A program made the position numbers and the translations under genes. From Sarea resinae (lineage: Eukaryota), in NCBI GenBank assembly GCA_026026165.1, contig JAPEUD010000071.1, positions 62,001 to 122,461 of the forward strand: a DNA stretch of 60,461 bases, read 5' to 3'. The notes beneath the pieces were generated by a model. That model had not been told where the DNA came from. It did no database searches and worked only from the letters and a program-made list of their open reading frames with translations. Of the stretch, positions 1 to 12,058 are shown in pieces (position 1 is the stretch's first letter; every line of letters starts with the position of its first letter).

Positions 1-101
1 GGCCATTCACTGTCCATAGTATCAGGGACCATTCTTGATCGACCCTGGAATCATTCAGGTTATTGTCCATGCGGATCCGGTGAAATTGTCTGCAGTCAAC
101 T

Positions 102-562
102 ATGTCGGCCTCACTTGCACCCGAGTGCAACGAAGTCAAGGAGTGAGTCAGCCTCGCCATGTGAACGGCATATTGAATTTAGCTAATGGCACTGCGAACA
201 GGCGCTACGACAGCTGCTTCTTAACCTGGTACAGCGAGAGTAATATCCTTGCCGCTCTAGAATCCATGATCATTTTGACTGACATGAGAAGAATTTCTTC
301 GAGGCAACTCCAAGACAGACGAATGCGAATCACTATTCAAGGAGTACCGATCTTGTCTAACGGTGAGCTTTGCACTCGCTCCTTGCGTCTGATCTAGAAC
401 TATCAGCTAAATTTTGAACAGAAAGCTCTAAAGGAGAGAGGAGTTGATGAAATGATCAAGGAGGCAAGGCAAAACAGCAAAGAAGCCGACGCGGAGAATC
501 TAAAGCGCAGCTGTAAGTCAAGCAACTCCGCATATACCTCGCTGTTGCTTATGGTACTAGAA
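102..562 (+). CDS. MDM35: Mdm35/TRIAP1 mitochondrial intermembrane-space twin-Cx9C protein (~80 aa, 4 coding exons plus a 2-nt terminal exon)
   Basis: Manual splicing of exons 102-142, 202-239, 292-362, 422-512 (+561-562) across GT-AG introns gives MSASLAPECNEVKERYDSCFLTWYSEKFLRGNSKTDECESLFKEYRSCLTKALKERGVDEMIKEARQNSKEADAENLKRS. It has two Cx9C motifs and the typical MSASLAPEC...YDSCF..WYSEKFL signature. Confidence 0.92.
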
Positions 563-1320
563 CACAAGATCTATCGTCTCCTTTGCATAATGTACATTAA
601 CCAGGCGCTTACGGTCAAGCTCTTTCTCGTTATTCATATCTGCGGACTTCTTAAGTTTCCCCGACAGCCCTTGGGGATATTCTCGTCAAGGGGCTCAGCA
701 TCAAGGCATGATACTGTAAGATAGGCATCAAAACATCCTAGACGAATTAAATATACCTTCATGTAGGACTTGCATTACGTTCTCCTCCTGAAATCAAGGA
801 ATGTCATTCTCATCGCTGGCTTGGTTCTATCTGTGTCTGGAACGACTACTATTATTCTATAATGATCCCGAATATATTTATCACATTTGTTAGATAGTAA
901 GTCAAGTTACTGAATCATATATCTGAAAGCTTAAGATCCATGCTCTCATAGAGCCTACCTATATTAAGCGTGTCGCAATAAAGCAGGCAACTAGGCATAA
1001 CCCAGTGGTGCAAGTTATAGCAGGGTTTGCCCTAGTTAAGTACCGTTTTTAACTCAAGTTCTAAGGCGTTCCTGTTGCAATAGTAGATACACTTCCAAGA
1101 GGCATTAGCAAGTTATCTGCCTCAAAGCACCAAAGCCATACGAGGCAGCCTGCCGTCAGCTCGCCTGATGTGGAGTGAAAGCCAAAAAATACTCCCAGTG
1201 CGAACCTCCCATGCGCATCCCCATGCCATACCCAGAACGCCTCACCCAGGACCCCAATCAACGCAAAACTGGCACCACATACACCAACGCATGATGAGCA
1301 ATACAAAGTCTCTAATCTAA

Positions 1321-2599
1321 TCACTTAGTGCCCCTGGCACCCGCCGGCGCGCCCGTCCGTCGCTTATTCAAGACTCTACCTACAGCATCGCGGACCTCGG
1401 GGTCAGCTCGCACGGTGTTCTGAACGAGCCAGTCTCTGAATTTGGCTTGCACCTCAGCAAGCGCTTTGTCGTCGCCGGCAAATGGCGCCATCTCCAGCCC
1501 CATCATTCGTGAGGCCTCGAGATGGGTTTGGCGGGTAGTCTGATCCAGACGGTCGAGCTGGTGGCGTTGCTGAGCTTGCGCTTGGGCCGTATTGTTTTGC
1601 GGAAGGCTGCTTGGACCGGAAAGCACGGGGCCGAGCTGCGAGAGGAAAATGAAGAAGGTGATGGTGATTTTGCGCGCCAAGGTCAGGATTTGGAAGGGGA
1701 GGTAGGCTGGGTGGGCTATCAGGGTCGTGAGGAGCGGGTTAAGGAACTTGGCGATGAGAGGTGGGAAAACGGGGCGCGATATGACGTAGAATTCGAACGT
1801 CAGTAAAGATGCAAAGGCCAGGTAGCGCCACTGATACGAATGTTAGCGAGACTATAAGGGAGAAGTCTGGATGGAAGCTCGTACGTAGCGTCCCCATTCC
1901 AGATATCCCAGCATACTCATGCCCGCCATGAAGATGGCGCTGCCCACGTAGTATGGAATGATCCCCTGGATGCCCATGGACAGGTAATCACGGATTGAAT
2001 GGCAGTGTCTCCATGCCAGGATATCGGGACCGAATCGGTCGTAGGCAAAGCGCTTTGTCGGGTTGATGAGCGTCTCCTGCGCAAGGCGTAGGTGCACGAA
2101 GTAGGCCTCTGAGGCTGGTCCGGCTGCCGCTGAGCCGACTTTGTCTGGATGATGAAGCGCGGCGCTAGCAATGATACGATGTAAGCATGGATCGGTGGTA
2201 CACTACTGGGGAGAGGCGGGCGGGAACTTACAGCCGTCTGAACCTTGACTTTATGCCCCTCTCGTCGACATCTGGTTTGAGGCCTAGGTCCTGGTAGAAG
2301 TCACCGGCTCGTCGTATCTCCCAGTCTGCTTCGTATATAGTGTAGAGGAGGTAGGTCACAACGACTAGGATATAAATGCGCCGGCGATGCTTGATGAAGC
2401 GTGGTGTTCCAGGCAGCGGTCGAGGGTCGCCGGCGCGAATGGTGATGCCGTAATAGAGCGACTGAAGCCAGCCTGTCGCCAGCTAGAGGAGACATCAGTC
2501 ATGGACAAGGTCGTTGGCAAGGCAGTTTTTCCGTGCAAATGACAATCTTACATTCGGGAGAAAGGCCCACCCGGCATACGAGAGGAGAGTGCCCGACAT
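1321..2599 (-). CDS. Membrane-associated DnaJ (J-domain) protein, spliced
   Basis: Starts MSGTLLSYAGWAFLPN, then an intron. J-domain DFYQDLGL...IKSRFRRL|AALHHPDK with HPD motif and ...LINPTKRFAYDRFG. Hydrophobic segments follow; the last exon ends at the stop of ORF 1321..1680. Confidence 0.85.
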
Positions 2600-2937
2600 G
2601 GCCACTCGACACACTATTGCCGTTCTAGTTGTGAGCTGAATTTCACAACATTTGTCTTGTTGCAGCTGTGAGTTGAAAGAGAAACGTTATATGCCAATGA
2701 AAAGGGAAGCAAGAAGCAGACTGCACGGTCTCGAAGCGCATTCGTGGCCGGACAACAAGGGACTCCAGCAATTAATACGTAAGGTAGCACCAAAGCTCAA
2801 GGCGGTTTGTCGCGGGAATAGCCGCAGAGCCTCAACTACCGAGACACTGGTCGCGATCAATTTTGTGCAACACCAAATCTTTGAATTTTGCGGATGAACA
2901 ATCTTTCAAACCGTGTCGCTCACGATTGCGCGCCACA

Positions 2938-3921
2938 ATGTCGGTTGACAGGGACGAGTCACCCCCATTATCTCAAGAGACCTCGAAACATCGCAAGGAC
3001 CATTCCGAGAAAAAGAGCAAAAAGAAGCGCAAGAGGGAGGAAGCGCACGGTTCACCGTCGACACACAAAAGATCCCGGTCGACCAAGCTCGACGATGCTA
3101 CGACCTCAAACCTCACTCCTCCGTCGTCTACCCTCCATACCCCGTTCTTCACGCAAACGGTTTCTCTCTACCTACCATTGTCACCCATCTCTCAACTCCG
3201 CCCCCTCGAGGGGTTGTGTGCTGAGCATCTTTCTCCGCTTATCCTGACTTACTACCCACCTTTCCACGGCGTTGTCCTTTCCTACAAGGATGTCCGGCTA
3301 TCAGAATCTCCTTCCACAAAACCCAGCAAAGGCGAAAATGTTGTCTTGGCGAGGTCAATTGATGAGTACGCTGTGAGCTACGTCTGGGTCACAGCAGAAT
3401 TCGTTCTCTTCAAACCACAGCGTGGGTGCGAGGTCGAAGGATGGGTCAATCTACAAAACGAAGGACATCTAGGTCTTGTGTGCTGGAACATGTTCAATGC
3501 AAGCATTGAGCGCAAGCGATTGCCCAAGGAATGGAAGTGGATTGCTGCCGGGACTGGACGCAGCCGGAAAGGCAATGATGACTCTCAGCAGACGCTGACA
3601 GATGCGGACGAAGATGGAGAAGGATACTATGAGGACGCGGAGGGAAATAAGATTGAAGGGAAAATCAGCTTCAGGGTGAACGACATACAGACTTCGCCAT
3701 CTTCAGATCGGGAAAGGGGGTTCGTCAGCATTGAAGGGACGCTTCTTGGAGACGACGAGGAGAAGGCTTTGCTGAAAGATGAGCGGAAAAGAATTGGAGA
3801 GAGAGTTGCTGGAGTGTCAGGGAGGTCCAGCTACTCCAGCGTCTTGTCTAGGATGCACAACGACCGTCCCGCTCGGGCCCCACGAAAGAACAGAGCAGAA
3901 GGTGCGGCGGATGAGTCGTAA
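2938..3921 (+). CDS. RPA43: RNA polymerase I subunit Rpa43 (intronless)
   Basis: SLYLPLSPI...HLSPLILTYYPPFHGVVLSY, SYVWVTAEFVLFKP, EGWVNLQNEGHLGLVCWNMFNASI match the Rpb7-like A43 motifs. Lys-rich N-terminus; first ATG at 2938. Confidence 0.9.
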   Translation: MSVDRDESPPLSQETSKHRKDHSEKKSKKKRKREEAHGSPSTHKRSRSTKLDDATTSNLTPPSSTLHTPFFTQTVSLYLPLSPISQLRPLEGLCAEHLSPLILTYYPPFHGVVLSYKDVRLSESPSTKPSKGENVVLARSIDEYAVSYVWVTAEFVLFKPQRGCEVEGWVNLQNEGHLGLVCWNMFNASIERKRLPKEWKWIAAGTGRSRKGNDDSQQTLTDADEDGEGYYEDAEGNKIEGKISFRVNDIQTSPSSDRERGFVSIEGTLLGDDEEKALLKDERKRIGERVAGVSGRSSYSSVLSRMHNDRPARAPRKNRAEGAADES

Positions 3922-4418
3922 TGCGGTTGCTGAATCATGGAGCTGTCATTGTTCAGTGATGCAAATGTTTTTTCTTCACCGGTGTAGTTTGCAGCGTTAC
4001 TTGGCGTTCGATGACTTTCAAAGCCTGTCTCTGTGTACATATATGCATTCACCCTCAGATATGAAGGAAGTGATTTTCGTGTCTCTAATAGCCCATGATG
4101 TCGTTCGCCATGGTACTTCTTAGACCTCATAAAGAATGAGCGTCATCTACCTAACGTATGCATTGGTGGATCTTACATAGTGCATCGAGCGGTCACATAC
4201 CTTAGATAGCCTGACCTAAGCTAGTATCTCCATCGACGTACAACGTGCCCCTGTAAATGCGTCATAGTATGCATGACATTGACCTCATAACGATCATTGT
4301 AGCAAATGTACCAACCGCGACTTTTAAAAGCCTCGTAGAGCTATCCAAGTACGCGTACAAGTGAGTTGTCGTTCGCAGAACAAATGAGAACACCTTCGTG
4401 CAGCGCCAAAACAACGAA

Positions 4419-5741
4419 TTACATTGGTCCCATCCTCGCAAGCCGACTCGGATGAATACCAGAAGAATCAGCCTGGGTCACCGCCTCCTGCTGCTTCTCC
4501 TCCTTATCCTCCTTCTCACCCTTGCCCTTCCCGTTCTTGCCCGCCTGCGCCATCTTCTTCGCTTTGCGTTTCGCCAGCTTTTCCTCTTCAACCGCCCGCC
4601 GCTGGCGCTGTTCATTCAGTTTCTCGTTCTTGGTCGATAGTCTGTCCAAGCGAGTCTGCGATTTCTTCCCGCCGCCACCTGCACTATTGTGTTGCAATCC
4701 GTAATTAGCTTACTTGATATCAAGTAAATTGAAGAACAACGGCGACTGGGGGGGGGGGGTGGGCATAAAACATGGCTAGCTTACGTCAACTCAACATTTA
4801 TTCGCCTTCCCTCCTTCGCCGCACCCTTCTTGTCCACCTTGCCCTTCCCATCGTCAAAGACGGAATGGTGGAACAGTTTCAGACATGTCTTCATGCGATC
4901 GTAGCCCTCGAACTCGAGGAACGCGAAACCTTTGGATTTACCAGTCCCTTTATCAGTGATATGTCGGATGGAAGTCGGGGCAACGGAGGCAAAATGCGCT
5001 GTTATTGTCTCAGTGGTTGCGGTGTAGGGGAGGTTGCCTAGAGGGTGAATTAGTTAGATGATCATATTTTTATTCCTTGCGCCGAGCGAGGGTTGGAGTG
5101 GAGATATGGATGAGGAACAAGTGGGAGGGGAGGGGAATTGGATAAGAGGAAGACCAACCTATAAACACGATGAAACGCTGAGATTTAGGTTTTTCATCTT
5201 CTGTCGTAGTGGCCGTGTTCTCCGCCGCTGCACCAGTCTCCGCCGCCGCAGCATCAGCTCCAGCATCAGCTTCAGCATCCGCATCCTTCATCGTCATATC
5301 AGTCTCCTCCTTGTCCTCGGCAGTAGCGGTAGGATCCTCCGATTTCGTCTTCTTTCTCTCCTCGTCTTTCTTGGCTTTCTTCACCTCCTTGATTTTCGAG
5401 GCCTGTCGCTCTTTCTTCTCTTTATGTTTCTCCTTCCTATGCCGCTCCTTCTTTTCTTTTCTTTCTTTCTTTTCCTCTTTGGTTTCCTTCTTCCCCTTTT
5501 CCTTTTCCTTCTCTTCTTTCATCTCCGCATCACCCTCACCTTCACCAACCGCGGCGTCGACCAATTTCCTCTTCTTGGATTTGCTGGACTTGCCATCTTT
5601 CTTGATTCCGCCTTCGGCATTTCCGCTGGCATCGGCGTCGTATTCTAGAGCGATGAAATCATCACCCAAATCCCCGGGGAGATTGGGTACGGTAGCTTCT
5701 TGGTCGAGCTTTCTCTTCTTCGATTCGGTTGATCGACCCAT
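4419..5741 (-). CDS. NOP6: Nucleolar RRM protein, Nop6-like (3 exons)
   Basis: K/E-rich N-terminus, then spliced RRM RFIVFIG|NLPYTAT...KSKGFAFLEFEGYDRMKTCLKLFHHSVF...RRINVELT|AGGGGKKS, and C-terminal GIHPSRL motif. Confidence 0.82.
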
Positions 5742-6647
5742 TCTTGCTGCAGTAGCCCTCTCGTTGCCAAAAACACTGCGATATGTTAAGTTTATGTATT
5801 GCTAATTCGAGAAATTCCTTTGGCGAGGTGCTGGAAAGTTTCTACTAAAAGCACCCAGGCGGCATATCGTTTCTCCGTTCGCCGACCGCGCCGTCCAGAG
5901 TGGGGCACTACATGATAGACTATTCCAATCTCGACTTCACACAGACAACTCGCAGTTGCTACCATGTAGGCAGAACTTGGAATGATACATTTATCTATTT
6001 TTTGATTTCCTATTCTAATCCTATGCGCTGCCACGTTTCCGTCGCCCATGCGCTGGATAACCGGAGGCGAAGTTCCTCTGTTACACACTCGACCGAGATA
6101 ACAAAGCACCAATCGAGCTCCCCAAATCAGACCCAATTCGTGCCTTTGCATGCCTTCAATTAGTAGGGCAACCGACTTCGGAGAAACCACAGAGCGCCGA
6201 ATCTCGAAAGCCGTTGTGCCAGCCTCTTTGCTCCTGATGTGCGGTCTGTGTTAAAACTCTACAGGGTCATGTCCTGTCCTTGCCAACAAGATAATCAACT
6301 CGCCCTGAATGCAGCGGCTGTCCTCCTTACTCGTTCGGCATTGTGCTCAGCACAACTGTTCTTCGTAAGAGGAGCAGCTGATCGTAGCGTATGCTCCCTG
6401 GCAGAGAAAATTGCGGAACGCTGCTTGCTGACCGCGTGTCCGGTTCGCCTGGTGTTCCCACTCTTTGACGATTCATGTGTCGATGCTAAGAATGGCCAGG
6501 GCAGCAAGAGGATCTTCAAGCACACCCCAGGCTGCCATCCGGATAAGAGATGAGTGTTCTTGATATCAGTTCCGTATAATGCCAAGCTTTGCATGCTCCA
6601 ACGCCGCTTTTTGCTTCTTTAGACTCAAAGACGAAGGGGAGAGTCGG

Positions 6648-7037
6648 CTACAATCCAAACTCTACACTATGCTGGAATATGGACCCTCGACTAAAGTCGG
6701 ATAAAGCGGCTGACGAAGCAGCAGATGAAGCCACTTCACAAACTGGTCCAAAGGATTCCGAACAATTCAAGAAAATACCAAAAGCGTTACTGCAAACTAG
6801 CCCGGGTAGACACGCGGCCAAGTCCTGCTCGGTGTGTATCGTACTCTTCAGAAGTGTCCTGACCTGGTCGGGACTGACCTTAATGGCCTCCAAGGTCACT
6901 GGCATACAACTTCTTTTTCGCTTTAGTGGCGAGCTCGGTGGTGCTGTTGGGGTGTTTCGGAGATAGTTCGCCGGCGATATCTCTGACAAGGGTGTCCCTC
7001 TCTTTGGAGGAGATACGTCTACAATGAACTCAACCAT
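6648..7037 (-). CDS. Small orphan ORF (129 aa), function unknown
   Basis: ATG in good context (CACC-ATG-G) and an SP/TP-rich N-terminus with a basic PLKRKRS motif. No family recognised; it may be spurious or a gene remnant. Confidence 0.3.
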   Translation of the reverse strand: MVEFIVDVSPPKRGTPLSEISPANYLRNTPTAPPSSPLKRKRSCMPVTLEAIKVSPDQVRTLLKSTIHTEQDLAACLPGLVCSNAFGIFLNCSESFGPVCEVASSAASSAALSDFSRGSIFQHSVEFGL

Positions 7038-7249
7038 GGTGAAGGGCCGGAGGAACTGTTATTCTCCCAATTCTATTGGATTCAGAAAACGCTGAGAGCC
7101 TCGGATGCCCTTTTTCTAATCCCCCTATCATGTTCGATAATGTGGTCTGAAGGCGTGTTCGCGACAAAGAAGCCACTGAAGTTGGTGTTCTAACCAAGTC
7201 AGGCAAATTACTGTCGTGTCCATAGTCGTGTTATCGTTCTTTGAAGGGT

Positions 7250-9680
7250 TGCCGACGCTGAACTAATGCCAAAGCACACACTGTCCAAATGCTCAGAGAC
7301 AAGTCACTTGACGAGTCCCGATCCTGTAAGAGCCACAAAATTGCCACTCTGGTGAACGCGGCGTTGTGAGCTTTGGTAGCGTAATTGAGATTTGATACCT
7401 GAAGGCTTCCATGTTATTACGTGAGATGGTTACGAGAGTTGAGACGGGCAACCCTGCCATCTGCCTTCGGCTGTGAGTAGCAAGACTCTGGGAGCCTGCC
7501 ATTCGATTTGCTTGCGTGTTCTGGTCTGTACCTAAGTACGGCCTTTATCGAAAATCTGATCCCCAAATGGGAGCGCCCCCTGAGGGACGACAGTTTCTTC
7601 GGCTTGTTTTCTGACAACCAGCGATGATTTCGCTATAGACAGATAGCCTCAAGCCGATAGTCCCTAGGTTTTAGAGCGATTTGAGAAGAAAGCCATGTAG
7701 CAAAGGCTGCCAAAATGTATAGAAGACATGAGCAGCCTGCACATTGACCATCTGCAGACTGGATAATATTATTGGTCTGATTTGATGAGCTTGGACGGCT
7801 CGCGGCCAGTAATAGAGGCCTAAGTTCGAAGTGGTTATATGAGTCTCCTCGGCTCTAAATGTAGTTCACGTGTTTGAAGATGTGTTCCTTTCGTCATCTG
7901 CTTCCCTCTACCCTTCATTTTTTTGCATCTGTTGTTGGCAAACTCCTCTTTTTAGTCAAGAGGATAACAACATCTCAGATTGTGGGGTTAAAATGTGCCC
8001 CGAGTCATCTAAGGTTAGAGTGGCATGCTTGAATGACAGCAACCGCAAGGTTAATCCAATCAAGATCTGCTCAGCCGTAATCGAGCAAAGGACTCTCCGA
8101 AAATCGAAAGCCAAAGATAGGCAGCCAACATAGGCTCATGATCCAAGACCCAGTGACTGCACTCACGCTTGCACCATTCGCGGTCGTGCACGGCGATAAT
8201 CCTCTCGGGTCAGAGGAGCTTCAGGTTGACCTACTTGACCAGTGGAAGCCCAAATTCGTGGATTATGCGGGTTGCTCGGACTAGCCTCCGGAGTCTTGTT
8301 AGTCTGCGCAAGTTCAACCGTCTAATCCGCTCCTGGCACGGTCATGGCCGATCAGCCGGCAGCGTATGCGCTTCTTGCCTGATATGAAATATTGATGCAT
8401 CATACGTGCTAGAAAAGCCGCGCATTGCCCTCGTTTCAACTCCATCGATCGTTCTGATTACCTCGCTTGGCTTCTAATTTTTTATCCAAGAAGAGCCGCC
8501 GATTTCTTTGAACGAGCAAAGGAGTTATTTTACCCAAATGTAATTGATGTTGATGTTGGAATTTAGTGCTCTATGATAGTGGTTGTAGTTGTTTGGTAGA
8601 TTCGGCGGCCGAAAAAAGACCGGTAGCCCTTGCTCTGCATCTTCTTCTATCCACAAGACACAACTCGATGGTACTAGAATCCGAGGTAATCTCTCGACTC
8701 TCTCTTTTCTAATCCGATGTTGATTCCGTTCGTCTTGAGTGACATTTAGAGGCGCTCGCGCGCGGTTTATGGCTGGCGCAGCCTCTGCTTTTGTGGCTAG
8801 AATCTGTTTCAAATGATAGTCATTGACGCCAGTACCAGTTCCAAGGCACGTCGTTGAGTTCCATTTCCATTATTGGTGTCTCGGATTTGCTCAGCAACAT
8901 TCCTCCTTGTAGTCAAGCTGATCTGTCTTTCGCTTTTGGAAAGGTGCCGGCTCCAAGCTCGCTCTGTTTTCGGGGTCTTCTAGACCAGCTCCACAACAAC
9001 TGGCACGCTGTCAACGTAAGGCTATCCGAGAAAGTTTTCCCATGGTAGGCTCCGTGGATATTGGCGGAAGGATTGACTGTAAATAAGAGACATAAATCCA
9101 GCGACAACAATGCTAGCAAATATGTCCGCCAATATACGGGCAACTAAGCAGTCGCTGGGAAATATACCCAGCGTTTCGTATAGTAGTCGGCACAGCGAGA
9201 ACAGGAAAGTATAAGCATTCTGGCATTTGATACTCGATTGGCACAGTGTATAATTTCCGGCATAGCGTTTGGCTGTAGAGACAATGTTCCTGAGTATTTG
9301 AGCGATGGTTCGGTTTCAATGAATTTAGTACTAGTCTAGAAGCTGAAGTACTGCCATCTGTAGTCTAGCAAGATATTTTCTAGCATCGAGAAGGTTTCCA
9401 GCATCAAAGGGCGAGATGCTTCTATGTCTTTTTTGTTCTCCAGAGATGAATGCATTTTCTTTCGTTCAAAGTAGATGTTCGTACTACTCGATCAAATAGC
9501 TAGCTAGCACGGACGTTTTGATTGTGGTGATCCTCATTTTAAAGGCCGTTTCGGGTTTCAAGTCTCCGGCTTCGATGAATTCCTGGGAGATGACGACATC
9601 CTGGTAGATAGTGCGCGTTATGCAACGGAAGCGAATTATTGGATCCTTAGAAATATTGTGAAGCTGAGTGGTGAATCAGA
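7250..9680 (-). pseudogene. Possible decayed coding sequence or element relic
   Basis: Protein-like minus-strand stretches interrupted by stops and at least one frame change. No domain recognised, and stop density is only modestly below random. Confidence 0.25.
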
Positions 9681-11162
9681 TAGAAGTGAAGAATGATATG
9701 AATGAATGATGGGAGGGTGAGAGCGAGAAGAATTAGGAGCAAGAAAGTTGAGAGACGAGATGTAGAGAAGGAATGTGTGCTTTTCCTCAACTGTTATTTA
9801 CCTCATGGTAATCGTACTCCTGCAAGACCCCAGCCTAGTAGTCAGCTACTTCGGCATCTTGCTTGTTGGTATTTCCGTAGTCGGGAATAGAAGTAACGAA
9901 AGAGAGATATGTAAATAGTAGTCATGCCTCTTGTCGTATCAAAAAGGGCGGCTGCCCGGCGGAGGCTACAGTACATATTGCGCCACATCGCAGCAATGCC
10001 TTACAGTCAACCATAAAAGAGGAAGTAGCGATAGCTAGATTCTCAGCTCGACTTCTCAGCGCTTGAAAATAACGAGCCTCGCTTGCTCCTTCCCTTCAGA
10101 TCTATTACGTTATGCCTACTCTCGTAAATAATTCAGCTCTTAAGGGGAAGAGGGGCCTGCCAAGGTCTGCCCCATTGAAAAGGCTCGTCGAGCTTGGGAA
10201 CGTTTGAGGCCCGTTGCGGCACCTTCTCCAGGATGTAGGGCCATGATGCAATTCTATCTAATTCTTTACCACCATCATGATATACAGGCTGCGGCTTGAT
10301 CGACGGTCTCCGATAAGTCGGTTGAACGCCATGACAAGAAATTGAGGTAATACAGCGAGGATGGCGTTACCAGCAGGATCCGGATCAGCTGGACCAATTA
10401 TCTCATACACCTTCCGGCCCCGATGGTAAGATTCAGAATGCCAACTTAGTTATAAACACCCATTTCCATTTCCATTCTCTCCACTGAGAGTCTACAACAA
10501 TAAGAGATCCTTTGGTATCTACAAAAAAAGTAGAGACAACGATGACGGTATGAAGATGGAAGTGACGAGTATGGGGCAATGAGAGATGCTGTAATAGACA
10601 CAAAATACGACAGGGCTGGGCTGGGCTTGACGCGAAAAAAAATTTGAAGGACAATTTGGAGAGCAAGTATGAATCGAGAGGAAGATTGTGGGCCGAAAAA
10701 GAGGGCAAGAGAAATCGTGAAAGAGAAAATAGAAACAGAAACATCCCCGAGGGCACAAATTTCCCTCTTACGACAATGAATTGACAGTACGAAGCGCGGT
10801 AGAGATTTTCGTATCAACATGGTAAGCCGCACACGGCTCCCCTAACGCCAGAAACTGATTTCACGGTCGTGTAAGAAGACATTCGACATGGTGCCGTGGG
10901 AAGAATTGCGTGTGCGTGTTCGCGATGTGTACTGTTATGCCGTGCTGATCGATGCCCGCTCGCTTGATCCTTGGTCCTATGTTCCCCAACACTGTAAAAC
11001 CAGACATGGCGTGGCCTAGCCAGTCTCAAACGAAAAAGAATTGACCCGGTCTATGACGAGGACAATGTGATCTGATTCCGATTCCAAAGGGACCCCCTGA
11101 CCGGCCCCAATCCGTTCTCTGTCCTGTACCAGATTCATATTCTTCGACCTTTGATGAAGCCA

Positions 11163-12058
11163 CTATAGGATGGCACACTTGCCCTTTCCTCGCCCGACCT
11201 TTTGCGGTGGCACAGGACTTAGGACAACCCTGCCAATGAAGACTGTATTTAGCATTCAGAGACTCAAATGAACCTATCTGGCATCTTACCTTATGGCCTC
11301 ATCAAAGACAGTCTTGAGGTTTCGTTGCGTCAATGCCGAGCACTCGACATACTTGTGTGCCCTGATCTCCTTGGCCCGCAGGGAACCGAGTTCGTATGAG
11401 ATGGGCTGCATCTTTTGATCTTGTAGCTTGCGGACCGTGGCCGGGTCTTCCCTCAGGTCCAGCTTGGTGCCAACCAGAATGATAGGAACGTTTGGTGCAT
11501 GATGCGAGATTTCAGGGTACCACTATATGTGAATCTCGTAAGGGAAAATGACTTGTTTAGCAAACAGGATTGGCGCGTCTCACCTTGGCTTTCACATTGT
11601 CGAACGATGGGGGGCTGACGATAGAGAAGCAGATCAGGAAGACGTCGGTCTGCGGATACGATAACGGACGAAGGCGATCGTAATCTTCCTGCCCAGCAGT
11701 ATCCCAGAGTCCTAAGCTAATAGGCTTGTTGTCCACCATGACATTGGCAGAATAGTTATCGAAGCTGCCCAAGTCATGATCAGTTCATGGCCGTTCCTCA
11801 GAGATATGGTGCGAACGCGGACTCACACTGTGGGAATGTACTCTCCGGGGAAGGCATTCGTTGTGTAGGAGATGAGAAGACATGTCTGCGATCGAGTCAG
11901 CTATGCTGTGCTTTATCGTGATCGAAAGGTTCACTTACTTTGCCGACGGCACCATCACCTGTCACGACGCACTGATGCGGAGGTTAGCTAATAAGGGGTG
12001 GAAGCAACTCTAGGATCGCAGTCACCTTCAACGAACGCGTCGCAGGAGCGGTGGCCAT
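11163..12058 (-). CDS. racA: Rac-subfamily Rho GTPase (6 coding exons)
   Basis: [53 protein letters not shown]...[24 protein letters not shown]. The [14 protein letters not shown] segment is Rac-type. Ends in polybasic region plus CAAX (GKGKCAIL*). Confidence 0.96.

Noticed and set aside
5058..5805. Phe/Leu/Ser-rich plus-strand ORFs resembling membrane proteins
   Set aside because: Reverse complement of the K/E-rich NOP6-like N-terminus.
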